Counted from the stretch's first letter, positions 1-8,928 are shown. The stretch: 17,360 nucleotides of DNA from Fimbriimonadales bacterium (GCA_045862955.1 BTVI01000053.1:1-17360), one strand, 5' to 3'. Numbers and translations: made by a program. Notes: generated from the letters alone by a model not told the origin.

Positions 1-164
1 GACAGGAGCTCCCGCAACTTGCCGACCCAAGCGGGCTCTTGGGGCTGTTCGTAGCCGCAGTATGGGCATTTGACAAGGTGGCAACCACCGAAGTGGCCGC
101 AGCCGTGGCAAGCTGTCTCCGCTTGCCGGTCCGAGAAGCCACGTCCGCAATTCCCACAGATCAT
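1..164 (-). CDS. Small Cys-rich protein downstream of feoB (3'-truncated by window edge)
   Basis: Manual translation from ATG at 164, overlapping the feoB stop as ATGA: MICGNCGRGFSDRQAETACHGCGHFGGCHLVKCPYCGYEQPQEPAWVGKLRELL...; open to the window edge; 7 Cys, six of them in three CxxC pairs. Not in the ORF track. Confidence 0.75.
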   Translation of the reverse strand, partial: MICGNCGRGFSDRQAETACHGCGHFGGCHLVKCPYCGYEQPQEPAWVGKLRELL

Positions 165-1648
165 AGTGGCAACCCCGACCAGGTGAGGAGGCGCGATAGG
201 AGCGCACCCACCAAGATGGCACTAGTAAAGGTGATGGCTCCCATGCCGAATGCCATGCGCCACCCTCGCTCCTTCCACACCACGAGGAACTGCGCGATGC
301 ATGGAAGGAACAGCGTGAGTACCACGGCTGCCGTCACCAAGTCCGCACCCGAGAGGCTGTCTGCTGTCTTCATCAGCCCCGCGGCACCGTAGTCGCGGCG
401 GAAAAAGCCGAAAAGGAACGCCGTGGCCGCCTCGCTCGGAAGGCCAACGAACCTCACGATGGGCTCGAGCAGCGCGATGGCCCGGTCGAACAGCCCGGTC
501 ATCAGGCCGATCCAGATCATCACACTGGCGTATACGAAAAGCGGGAACACCTCGAGGAAGTACCAGTGCAGGCGCGATAGCGTCTTCGCCAGCACGTTGG
601 CGAGTCGCGGCGGGCGCATTGGAGGGAGTTCGAGCACGAAGGGTGTGAGTGAGCCCGGGGTGACACGCGCTGCCAACAGTCCGGCAATCGTGAAGATCAC
701 GAACAGCACGCCTCCCCATACGAGCGCTCCCATGCGAATGGGCACTCCCAGCAGATAGCCCTCGGCCGTACGAGTGCTAAGCAGGGCCATGATCACGCCG
801 AGCTGAGCGGCACACGGAATGGTCAGGCTAAGCAGGAAGGTGGCAATCACGCGCTCTCGACGCGTCTCGAGGATACGGGTGGTAATCGTGGCCATCGTGT
901 CGCAGCCGAAGCCGAGCACGATGGGGATCACCGCTCGGCCGTTGAGCCCGATCAGCTTGAACAAGCGATCGAGGAGCATGGCAAGACGGGGGAGGTATCC
1001 CGAGTCTTCCAAGACTGCGAAGGCTAGGAAGAAGCAGCCGACGATCGGCAGGATCAGCGCAACGGCGTAGGTGACGCCCAGCGTGAACACCCCATATTCG
1101 CCGACGAACAGCTCGCGCACCGCCTGCCAAGGCACGAAGGTCTCGAAGACACGAGTGACCCAGGGATTGATGTAGTTGCCGAATAGCCCCTCCTCCAGCC
1201 AGCCGACCAGCGTACCGCCGCCGAAGATGCCGACGAACTGGTACAGAGCGAAGTAGACCACGACGAGAGCAATCGGGATGCCAGTGATCGGGGAGGTACA
1301 CAGCTGGCCGAGTTTGTCAGCGAAACCGGTTTGTGGGGCCGGGGCACCCGACGTTGCAGCGTCTACCAGTTCGGCGACCCAATCCTGAAGTTGGGTATGT
1401 ATGAGGTAGCCGGGAGCTTCGGCGCCGTTCATCGCCTGCCGGACATACTCGCGCACCTGCTCCGCGACTTTCGCGCCCTCTTGGGAGTCGATCCAGGCCA
1501 GAACTTCTTGGTCGCCCTGCAGAGCCAAGAGAGCTACAGCACGATGCGAGAGTCCGTAGTCGGCGCGAAGGAGTGCTTGGATGGAATCGGCTGCGGCCTC
1601 TACACGAGGCGCATAGGTGATGGTGCCACTAGGAAGCGAGGTGGGCAT
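161..1648 (-). CDS. feoB: Ferrous iron transporter FeoB, helical and membrane (gate) part
   Basis: LEDSGYLPRLA, LNGRAVIPIVLGFGC, IPCAAQ, PFVLELPPMRPP and LFLPCIA motifs typical of the FeoB membrane domain; no G-domain in this ORF. Confidence 0.92.
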   Translation of the reverse strand: MPTSLPSGTITYAPRVEAAADSIQALLRADYGLSHRAVALLALQGDQEVLAWIDSQEGAKVAEQVREYVRQAMNGAEAPGYLIHTQLQDWVAELVDAATSGAPAPQTGFADKLGQLCTSPITGIPIALVVVYFALYQFVGIFGGGTLVGWLEEGLFGNYINPWVTRVFETFVPWQAVRELFVGEYGVFTLGVTYAVALILPIVGCFFLAFAVLEDSGYLPRLAMLLDRLFKLIGLNGRAVIPIVLGFGCDTMATITTRILETRRERVIATFLLSLTIPCAAQLGVIMALLSTRTAEGYLLGVPIRMGALVWGGVLFVIFTIAGLLAARVTPGSLTPFVLELPPMRPPRLANVLAKTLSRLHWYFLEVFPLFVYASVMIWIGLMTGLFDRAIALLEPIVRFVGLPSEAATAFLFGFFRRDYGAAGLMKTADSLSGADLVTAAVVLTLFLPCIAQFLVVWKERGWRMAFGMGAITFTSAILVGALLSRLLTWSGLPL

Positions 1649-2186
1649 CTATCTCTTCTTGCAGTGCGCACAGCCCTCGCCCGTGCAGGCAGGATGTGGG
1701 CACCACGGGAATCCCCAGCTTCGCGCGCAGCTCCTCTACGTCCACGCGCATCCCCGTCTTCTCCAGCTCGTCCATCATGTTCAGCACCAGGACAACCTTG
1801 AAGCCCGCCTCGACGAGCTGGACGGTGAGGGGCAGCATTCGCTTCAGGTTCTTCACGTCCACCACGTGGAGCAGCAGATCGGGCTTGCCTTCGGCGAGGA
1901 GTCGGCGTGCCACGCGCTCCTCCTCGGTGCAAGGGCACAATCCGTACATTCCCGGCGTATCGAAGACGATGATGGTGCGGCCCCCTAGGCGGCAACAGCC
2001 GCGACACACTTCCACCGTAGTTCCCGGGTAGTTGGACACCGTCACGTAGGCGCCGGTGAGGCGGTTGAAGAGTACGCTCTTGCCCACGTTCGGGTTTCCG
2101 ACGATGGCCACCACAGGCGTATCGTCGCTGCCCTGCGGCTTAGGGACGGGATCTGACTTTTCTGGCGTGCGGGTGGCTCGGGACAT
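1629..2186 (-). CDS. feoB: FeoB small GTPase domain protein (stand-alone)
   Basis: G1 GNPNVGKS, G2 NYPGTT, G3 DTPG, G4 NMMD. Start placed at ATG 2186 (MSRATRT...) because a promoter lies just upstream. Confidence 0.9.
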   Translation of the reverse strand: MSRATRTPEKSDPVPKPQGSDDTPVVAIVGNPNVGKSVLFNRLTGAYVTVSNYPGTTVEVCRGCCRLGGRTIIVFDTPGMYGLCPCTEEERVARRLLAEGKPDLLLHVVDVKNLKRMLPLTVQLVEAGFKVVLVLNMMDELEKTGMRVDVEELRAKLGIPVVPTSCLHGRGLCALQEEIDAHLAS

Positions 2187-2207
2187 GTGCGCTGCTTTCT
2201 GCCTCGG

Positions 2208-2237
2208 ATTATATCCGTACTCCGGTTTGACCGTCAA
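2208..2237 (-). promoter_or_regulatory. Sigma70-type promoter for the feo operon
   Basis: Minus strand TTGACG (2237-2232), 18 nt spacer, TATAAT (2213-2208), 21 nt before ATG 2186. Confidence 0.7.
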
Positions 2238-2431
2238 TCGAGCAAAGGCGATCGAACCAAGCGGCCTACGCCGTCGTGCGAGCACCTTTGGATTACCCTG
2301 CGTCGATCATCAGGGTACTTTGGTGGCACCTAAGAGATACGAGAGATGGGCCGTTCCTGCATATGACGGTCGTCATAGACAGTGGTGACGATTCTACTGG
2401 GTTCGAAGGGCCCCGGCTCTGGCCGTCGAAC

Positions 2432-2478
2432 TTGACACTCCGAAGGCGGTTAGACGCATAATGTAAGCATCCCGGAGG
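2432..2478 (+). promoter_or_regulatory. Putative promoter and RBS for the ABC ATPase operon
   Basis: TTGACA (2432-2437), 19 nt spacer (slightly long), CATAAT (2457-2462); GGAGG (2474-2478) precedes TTG 2484. Confidence 0.5.
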
Positions 2479-2483
2479 TCCGC

Positions 2484-3620
2484 TTGGCGGGAGTAACTTT
2501 TCACGAGACCACGAAGCGCTTCAAGAACGTTACTGCAGTCGATTCGCTTAGCCTAGAGGTGAAGGACAAGGAGTTCATGGTCCTGGTCGGTCCGTCCGGC
2601 TGCGGAAAGACGACTGCGCTACGGATGGTGGCCGGCCTCGAGGAGGTGACCTCGGGCGAGATCCGTATCGGCGATGTCGTAGTCAACGACGTTCCTCCGA
2701 AGGACCGCGACATCGCGATGGTGTTCCAGAACTACGCCCTGTACCCCCACATGAACGTGTACGACAACATCGCGTTCGGGCTTAAGCTGCGGCAGTTGAA
2801 GGGCGTGCTGTGGCAGTGGACACACCTCGCGGAAGCACGGCGGCGGCGGCAGAGCATAGATGCACGCGTGAGGGAAGCTGCGGAGATGCTGGGGCTCGGG
2901 GACCTGCTCCGAAGGCGGCCTAAAGAGCTCTCCGGAGGTCAGCGACAGCGTGTGGCACTGGGCAGAGCGATCGTCCGCGAACCGAAGGTATTCCTGATGG
3001 ATGAGCCGCTCTCGAACCTCGATGCCAAGCTGAGAGTGCAGACACGTGCCGAGCTGATACGGCTACACCGTCGGTTGGGAATCACCACTATCTACGTCAC
3101 GCACGACCAAGTCGAGGCGATGACGATGGGCGACCGAATCGCGGTAATGCGGGATGGTGTGCTGCAACAGTGCGATGTACCCGAGCAAGTATATCGCTGG
3201 CCGGCAAACCGGTTCGTTGCCGGCTTCATCGGCACTCCTCCGATGAACTTCATATATGGTGAAGTGACCAAGGACGGACCGCTCGGCGTCCGCGTGAACA
3301 ACGATTTGGTCATCCCGGCTCCCCCTGATCGCGCCGCGGCTTTGGAAGCGTATCGAGGCAAGCGCGTCGAGGTAGGCATCCGGCCGGAAGACATTAGTCC
3401 AAGGAGTAACGGCGCCACGGGAGCCCGGTTCCAAGCCGTGGTAGACGTCATCGAGCCGATGGGTGCTAGCGACACGTACTACCTGGCTCTCGGGCCACAC
3501 TCTCTCGTTGCCACCGTTCCCGCCGAGGAAACGCGGAAGGAAGGCGAGAAGGCCGACTTCGTGCTGAACGTGGACAAGGTTCACCTGTTCGACTGCGAGA
3601 CGGAAGCGGCGATCCGCTAG
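2484..3620 (+). CDS. Carbohydrate ABC transporter ATP-binding protein (MalK/MsmX/UgpC family)
   Basis: Walker A GPSGCGKT, VFQNYALYPHM, LSGGQRQRVALGRA, MDEPLSNLDAKLR, C-terminal TOBE-like region (GIRPED). Confidence 0.95.
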   Translation: MAGVTFHETTKRFKNVTAVDSLSLEVKDKEFMVLVGPSGCGKTTALRMVAGLEEVTSGEIRIGDVVVNDVPPKDRDIAMVFQNYALYPHMNVYDNIAFGLKLRQLKGVLWQWTHLAEARRRRQSIDARVREAAEMLGLGDLLRRRPKELSGGQRQRVALGRAIVREPKVFLMDEPLSNLDAKLRVQTRAELIRLHRRLGITTIYVTHDQVEAMTMGDRIAVMRDGVLQQCDVPEQVYRWPANRFVAGFIGTPPMNFIYGEVTKDGPLGVRVNNDLVIPAPPDRAAALEAYRGKRVEVGIRPEDISPRSNGATGARFQAVVDVIEPMGASDTYYLALGPHSLVATVPAEETRKEGEKADFVLNVDKVHLFDCETEAAIR

Positions 3621-3633
3621 AGAGGACAAAGCA

Positions 3634-4017
3634 ATGCGACAGACAGTTGGAACCGACCGAGCGCCTGCGGCAATCGGACCCTACAGCCAGGCGATCAAGG
3701 CATCGGGCACTTTGCTCTTCACCTCTGGGCAGATCCCGCTCGAGCCAGCCACGGGTGAGATGGTCTCGGGAGACATCGCGGCGCAGACGACACGCGTGCT
3801 AGAAAACCTCAAAGCGGTTCTCGAAGCGGGTGGTGCCTCTCTCGCAGATGTCGTCAAGACCACCATCTTCCTCGCGGACATGACGGACTTCGCCACGGTC
3901 AACACAGTGTACGCCGAGTTCTTCCCTACCGACCCACCGGCCCGCTCCACCGTGCAGGTGGCTGCGTTGCCAAAGGGCGCGCGCGTGGAGATCGAGGCGG
4001 TAGCTGTCGTTCCGTAG
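3634..4017 (+). CDS. ridA: RidA/YjgF family enamine deaminase
   Basis: APAAIGPYSQA, SGQIPL, PPARSTVQVAALPKGARVEIEA; RBS GAGGA upstream. Confidence 0.93.
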   Translation: MRQTVGTDRAPAAIGPYSQAIKASGTLLFTSGQIPLEPATGEMVSGDIAAQTTRVLENLKAVLEAGGASLADVVKTTIFLADMTDFATVNTVYAEFFPTDPPARSTVQVAALPKGARVEIEAVAVVP

Positions 4018-4038
4018 GGCTACGTCGGGGGCTCGGGC

Positions 4039-5613
4039 ATGACCTGGCAACACACGCGCGGGATCGTGTACGCCCGTCACGGTCTGGTGTCGACTTCGCA
4101 TCCCCTAGCATCCTCTGCAGGACTGACAGTGCTACGTAATGGTGGCTCGGTGTGCGATGCTGCCATAGCGGTGTCGGCCGTGCTGTGCGTGGTGGAGCCT
4201 TCCGCCAGCCACCTCGGCGGCGATGGGTTTGCGGTGCTGTTCGATGCAGCGCGGGGTGAAACCTTGGCGGCCAACGGGGCGGGGCCGTCGCCATCCGCGG
4301 GTCCGCAGTCGCCTCAGCACGAGGAACGCGGCGTCGGGGCCTTCACCATTCCGGGGTTGGTTCGGTTGTGGCAGCGACTACACGAGCGCTACGGTCGGTT
4401 GCCCTTTGCGTCGCTTCTTGCTGACGCTATCGAACTCGCCGAAGAAGGATGCCCGGTCGGGAGGCGCTGGGCCCGGGCGGCGAGCAGTTATCTGGATGTG
4501 CTGATAAGTGACCCGGGGGCTCGCGAGCAGTTCCTGTTGGACGGTCGGGCGCCGGCGGAAGGAGCTGTCGTTCGCCAACAGGATCTGGCTGCAACACTCC
4601 AGGACCTGGCTTCGTTCGGGCCGGGAGACTTCTACGACGGACGGACCGGGCAGAGGTTAGTCGCAGGCCTTCGTTCGCTCGGCAGTGCCGTGACCGAGCA
4701 GGACCTGAGCGGGTTCGACGTCGCGCTGGAGCCGCCCTTGGGGATCCGCTATAGGGGCTTCGATGTGTGCGGACAGCCGCCCATGTCGCAAGGCATCGCG
4801 CTTTTGGAGGCTTTGGGAATCCTCGAGGGGTTCGAGCTAGGGAGATTGGAGCCGGGCTCGGCGGACCTGATCCACCTGCAGGTGGAAGCGCATAAGGCTG
4901 CGTTCGCAGACCGCGCGGCTACCCTCGGCGATGGCTCGGACACCTGGAAGCACCTGCTTTCGCCCTCGACGCTGGCAGACCGACGGCGGAGCATAGACCC
5001 GCTCCGGGCGTCTGGCGCTGGCCTTTGGCCGACCCGGGCGGGAACCGACACGACGTCCTTCTGCATAGCTGATGGCGATGGGAATGCAATCAGCTTCATC
5101 CAGAGCGTGTTCCTGCCCTGGGGCGCTGCGGTGGTGGCGCCCGGCCTCGGGATTCTGATGAACAACCGCATGAACGGATTCGACCCTGGCGAGGGGCCAA
5201 ACGCTTACGCCCCAGGTAAACGACCGGTCCACACGCTGAACGCCTACCTCGCGCTGAAGAACGGGCGGGTGGCCTTCCTCGGTGGCACGCCGGGTGGCCA
5301 CGTACAGGTGCAGACCAACCTGCAGGTGATCCAGTGCATCACGGACTTCGGCATGGATCCCCAGGAAGCAGCCGAGCGGCCGCGTTGGGCTTACCGGACG
5401 CCGGGGTGGTTGGGACGCGGAGAGCTGACGCTAGACCTCGAGGGCAAGATCCAGCCTTCTGCCGTAGAGCAGCTACGAGCGAGGGGTCATCCGACCCGGA
5501 CCATTCCACCCTGGACGCATCCGAGTGCGGTGCAAGTGATCCGAGTTGCGGACGACGGAGTGATGTGTGCGGGTTCAGACCCTCGGGCCGATGGACAAGC
5601 GGTCGGATGGTGA
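4039..5613 (+). CDS. ggt: Gamma-glutamyltransferase family protein
   Basis: GGSVCDAAIA, VVEP..SHLGGDGF, catalytic-Thr motif DTTSF, MNNRM, PGKRPVHTL, GTPGG, terminal SDPRADG. Confidence 0.92.
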   Translation: MTWQHTRGIVYARHGLVSTSHPLASSAGLTVLRNGGSVCDAAIAVSAVLCVVEPSASHLGGDGFAVLFDAARGETLAANGAGPSPSAGPQSPQHEERGVGAFTIPGLVRLWQRLHERYGRLPFASLLADAIELAEEGCPVGRRWARAASSYLDVLISDPGAREQFLLDGRAPAEGAVVRQQDLAATLQDLASFGPGDFYDGRTGQRLVAGLRSLGSAVTEQDLSGFDVALEPPLGIRYRGFDVCGQPPMSQGIALLEALGILEGFELGRLEPGSADLIHLQVEAHKAAFADRAATLGDGSDTWKHLLSPSTLADRRRSIDPLRASGAGLWPTRAGTDTTSFCIADGDGNAISFIQSVFLPWGAAVVAPGLGILMNNRMNGFDPGEGPNAYAPGKRPVHTLNAYLALKNGRVAFLGGTPGGHVQVQTNLQVIQCITDFGMDPQEAAERPRWAYRTPGWLGRGELTLDLEGKIQPSAVEQLRARGHPTRTIPPWTHPSAVQVIRVADDGVMCAGSDPRADGQAVGW

Positions 5614-6716
5614 CCGACGCCTCTTACCGCCGGACGCTGAAGCGCGTTGACTGGTACCTCGTGGTGACGGCGCTTCTTCTCACGATTGCCGGCATCGCCG
5701 CGGTGTACTCCTCCGTGCAGGCCAACGGCAGTGCGGTGTTCCGGAAGCACTTGCTTTGGGTCGCCATCGGCATGTCGGGGGCAGTCGTATTCGCGCTGGT
5801 GCCGCCGCGATTCTGGGTAACGCACTGGCGAAAACTGTACGTGCTGGCGATAGCGATGCTCGCCGTAGTACTTATTGCAGGCGTGAACGTAGGCGGGGCA
5901 CAGAGGTGGATCGAGCTCGGTCCCGTGCAGTTCCAGCCGTCGGAGCTGGCTAAGCTGCTCCTGATCATCACTCTGGGCCGGCTGCTCGCCTATCACACCT
6001 CGCATTCGGGACCGCTGGCGACCTTCTGGCTTTCCCTGCTTCACATCGCGGTTCCCGCCGCGTTGGTGTTCAAGCAGCCAGACCTCGGAACGGCCCTCGT
6101 GTTCATCGGCATCTGGTTCGGGATGTGCTTCGTCGGAGGGATTCCACTGAAGATGCTAGGGCTGTGGGTTGCGGCTGTGGTGGCGCTGTTCGGGATCGCG
6201 TGGGAGCAAGGGATCATCCGCGACTACCAAAAGGACCGGGTTGTCGCCTTCCTCGACCCGTCGGCAGACCCTCGTGGTGCAGGATACCAAGTGACTCAGG
6301 CCAGACTTGCCGTGGGGAGCGGTCAGTTGACGGGCAAGGGCTACCTTCAGGGCCGCCAGAAGGAGGGAGCGTGGATCCCGGTTCAGGAGACCGACTTCAT
6401 CTTTACCGTGGTGGCTGAAGAGGGCGGATTCGTGGGCAGCACCATCCTTCTCGGTGCATACGGAATGCTTATGTACCGTCTGTGGAGAGCGATGGTTTCG
6501 GCAAGGCCCGTTCTCTATCGCCTCATCGTCGCGGGGGTGCTGAGCATGTGGGCCTACCACGTCATCGTGAACGTGGCCATGGTGATCGGGCTCTTCCCTG
6601 TGGTGGGGGTGCCACTGCCCCTCGTAAGCTATGGGGGGACGAGCACCGTGGTTGCCTTCTGCTCATTAGGTCTGGTAGCCGGTATCAAGGGTCGCGAAGA
6701 GGAGATCGTGTTCTGA
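5607..6716 (+). CDS. rodA: Rod shape-determining protein RodA (SEDS family)
   Basis: GAQRWI, FQPSELAK, QPDLGTA, YQKDR..FLDP..DP.GAGYQ, TDFIF, GVPLPLVSYGG. Real start probably ATG 5607 or GTG 5610, overlapping the ggt stop, not 5334. Confidence 0.9.
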   Translation: MVTDASYRRTLKRVDWYLVVTALLLTIAGIAAVYSSVQANGSAVFRKHLLWVAIGMSGAVVFALVPPRFWVTHWRKLYVLAIAMLAVVLIAGVNVGGAQRWIELGPVQFQPSELAKLLLIITLGRLLAYHTSHSGPLATFWLSLLHIAVPAALVFKQPDLGTALVFIGIWFGMCFVGGIPLKMLGLWVAAVVALFGIAWEQGIIRDYQKDRVVAFLDPSADPRGAGYQVTQARLAVGSGQLTGKGYLQGRQKEGAWIPVQETDFIFTVVAEEGGFVGSTILLGAYGMLMYRLWRAMVSARPVLYRLIVAGVLSMWAYHVIVNVAMVIGLFPVVGVPLPLVSYGGTSTVVAFCSLGLVAGIKGREEEIVF

Positions 6717-7453
6717 TGTTGCCACGTGGGCTGTCCGTATTGCGGCTGCGCTCGGTAGGTTCCACACAGGACGTGGCGCTCCAGCTAGTCCGCCATGGCT
6801 GGCGGCAGTTCGATGCGGTTCGGGCCGACACCCAGACATCGGGACGGGGACGATGGGGAGCAGACTGGTTCTCCGGCGAGGGCAATCTGGCCATCAGCTA
6901 CATTCTGTGGGACGTTCGGGCTGCTGGTCAGGCGGGAATGATTGCGCTTGCGGCGGCATGCGCTCTGGCAGAGGTGGTCGAGCAGGCGACCGGAACGGGT
7001 AATGCCACCCGGTTGCGCTGGCCGAATGATGTACTGGTGAGGGGTGCCAAAGTGGCTGGCCTGCTAGTCGAAGTGGTCAGCGACCCCGAACCCAACCCGG
7101 TAGTCGTGCTTGGAGTGGGCCTGAACGTGAATACCGAGAGGTTCCCGGAGGAGCTGGCAGATTCAGCCACTTCGATCCGGCTGTCGTGCGGCGTCGAACG
7201 CAACGTTGGTGAATTGGAGCTGGCATTCTGGGAGGCGTTCCGTACACGTGAGCCGTGGGAGGCATCTCGGACCGTCTCGGAGTTCCGGGCTCGCGACGAC
7301 TCCGTTGGACGAGAGGTTCGCACGCCGGATGGCCTCACGGGCATAGCGACAGGCATTACAGATTTGGGTTACTTGCGTGTGCGCTTCGCTGACGGGCGGG
7401 AGGACGACTTGCCTTCATCGGTCGCCACGCTGCGGGCCGCAGGGGGGCTTTAA
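6716..7453 (+). CDS. birA: Biotin--[acetyl-CoA-carboxylase] ligase, no N-terminal HTH
   Basis: VGSTQD, QTSGRGRWG..W, RWPNDVL...KVAGLL, GVGLNV; ATG 6716 in TGATG overlap with the rodA stop. Confidence 0.88.
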   Translation: MLPRGLSVLRLRSVGSTQDVALQLVRHGWRQFDAVRADTQTSGRGRWGADWFSGEGNLAISYILWDVRAAGQAGMIALAAACALAEVVEQATGTGNATRLRWPNDVLVRGAKVAGLLVEVVSDPEPNPVVVLGVGLNVNTERFPEELADSATSIRLSCGVERNVGELELAFWEAFRTREPWEASRTVSEFRARDDSVGREVRTPDGLTGIATGITDLGYLRVRFADGREDDLPSSVATLRAAGGL

Positions 7454-7540
7454 GCCGTTGCCTGCCCTCGGACGGTCTGGGCCGCGAGCGCAATTGTGGA
7501 ACCGAGCGGGCCAACGGGCTTGTCATAATGGTTGGCCAGG

Positions 7541-8122
7541 ATGAGGCTAGGTTGGCATCAGTCCGAGGCTGAACGGGACGAGTTCGAGAGGCTGTTATCC
7601 CCGCACGCGACGGGGTTATACAACGCAGCCCTGAGACTTGCCAGGAACCCGGACGATGCCGCCGACCTGTTCCAGGAAGCCATCCTGCGAGCATTCCGAA
7701 ACTTCGGAACGTTTCGGGAAAAGCTGCCGGGCGGCCAGGCGTTTCGAAGCTGGATGTACCGTATCTTGACCAACTGCTATATAAACGAATACCATCGGCA
7801 GGGTCGAAGAGCGAAGACAGTTTCGATGGATGCAACGGAGGGCCGAGGAGTGGCGGACCTGCCAGATAGAAACATATCACCGGCACTCGCTGCGATGGAG
7901 CATTGGGAGTTCGAGACCATCGTTCGAGCCATCCGGAACCTGCCGGAGGAGTATAAGAAGGCGCTGATCTACGTGGATTTGCAGGACTTGACGTATCAGG
8001 AAGCGGCGGACGCTCTGAGCGTGCCTATTGGCACCGTTCGTTCGAGAGTGTCGAGAGGGCGCGCCGAGCTGCGTCGCAGGCTTCAGGACGTCTTGCCCGA
8101 CAAAGAGAGCAAGGAGCCATGA
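7541..8122 (+). CDS. ECF-type RNA polymerase sigma-70 factor
   Basis: Region 2 DAADLFQEAILRAF...FRSWMYRI; region 4 LTYQEAADALSVPIGTVRSRVSRGR. Start ATG 7541 or TTG 7532. Confidence 0.93.
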   Translation: MRLGWHQSEAERDEFERLLSPHATGLYNAALRLARNPDDAADLFQEAILRAFRNFGTFREKLPGGQAFRSWMYRILTNCYINEYHRQGRRAKTVSMDATEGRGVADLPDRNISPALAAMEHWEFETIVRAIRNLPEEYKKALIYVDLQDLTYQEAADALSVPIGTVRSRVSRGRAELRRRLQDVLPDKESKEP

Positions 8123-8889
8123 ACTGCTCGGAGTTTCGAGAAATCGTAGCTGCGTACGTGGACCACGAACTGGGCAGCCGTGAGGCGGAGCTCGCGGAGT
8201 CGCACGTCAGCGTCTGCCCCGGCTGCCGAACACTTGCGGAGGAGTGCCGGGAAACGCGCGATCTCGTCCGGGACAAGCGGGTTGTAGAGCCTCTCCCCGA
8301 GGGGTTATGGCCCCGAACGCTCGCGATGCTCGACAAGGCGGTGCGCGTTCGGGTTCGGACTCGGCGGATCGCTTTTGCCGGCCTGGGCCTGGCGGCAGTT
8401 ATGGCACTGGCTGCAGTGAGCTACGAGCCCGTCACCGAGTACCTGAACCCAGGGATAGCGATCAGCCAGGACGGCATCGGGCGCGACACGGTCGCTCCGG
8501 TGATAGTGAAACAGACCTCTCATACCGGCGAGGCCTTCGCACTGATTCGCGAGCACCTCGATGCGAACGTTCCCCCGGTGAACCTCAGCCTGGTCGGTGG
8601 CAAGCTCAGCCAGGTGGCGGTGTACGAGGACCCCACCGTCGGCGTGCTAACCTATCAGATGCGCAGAGGGGGAGAGCTGCGCTACTTCATCTCTCGCACG
8701 CGCTTCCGGATTCGGGAAGTCACGGAGAGCTGGACCATCGGGGACACCGAGGTGCAAGCGGTGTGTGCACCCACCCACTTCCTGGCATCGTGGGAAGACC
8801 GTGGCATCTCGTATGCGGTGCTAGGCGACAGGGTGCCGCCGGATCCCAAGGCTGTCATCAGCGAGTTCATAGACAGCCTCGCTCGCTGA
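8119..8889 (+). CDS. Membrane-anchored zinc-binding anti-sigma factor (ZAS/zf-HC2)
   Basis: N-terminal MNC...YVDHEL...HVSVCPGC (HxxxCxxC), then a hydrophobic helix (IAFAGLGLAAVMALAAV); ATGA overlap with the sigma gene. Confidence 0.85.
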   Translation: MNCSEFREIVAAYVDHELGSREAELAESHVSVCPGCRTLAEECRETRDLVRDKRVVEPLPEGLWPRTLAMLDKAVRVRVRTRRIAFAGLGLAAVMALAAVSYEPVTEYLNPGIAISQDGIGRDTVAPVIVKQTSHTGEAFALIREHLDANVPPVNLSLVGGKLSQVAVYEDPTVGVLTYQMRRGGELRYFISRTRFRIREVTESWTIGDTEVQAVCAPTHFLASWEDRGISYAVLGDRVPPDPKAVISEFIDSLAR

Positions 8890-8917
8890 GCCCGACGCTC
8901 GCGTCCTAGGAACGAGG

Positions 8918-8923
8918 TATAGT
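8918..8923 (+). promoter_or_regulatory. -10 box of a probable leaderless transcript (livF)
   Basis: TATAGT 5 nt before GTG 8929. Confidence 0.55.
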
Positions 8924-8928
8924 CGGTC

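Noticed and set aside
5334..5606. Long N-terminal extensions in the ORF track (rodA from 5334, birA from 6482, DUF488-2 from 10882, feoB GTPase from 2285)
   Set aside because: They overlap upstream genes or promoters; coupled or RBS-supported downstream starts fit better.
7498..7526. Autoregulatory ECF promoter GGAAC...GTC
   Set aside because: The 19-nt spacing is longer than typical, and the site is equally explained by an extended -10 (TGtCATAAT).
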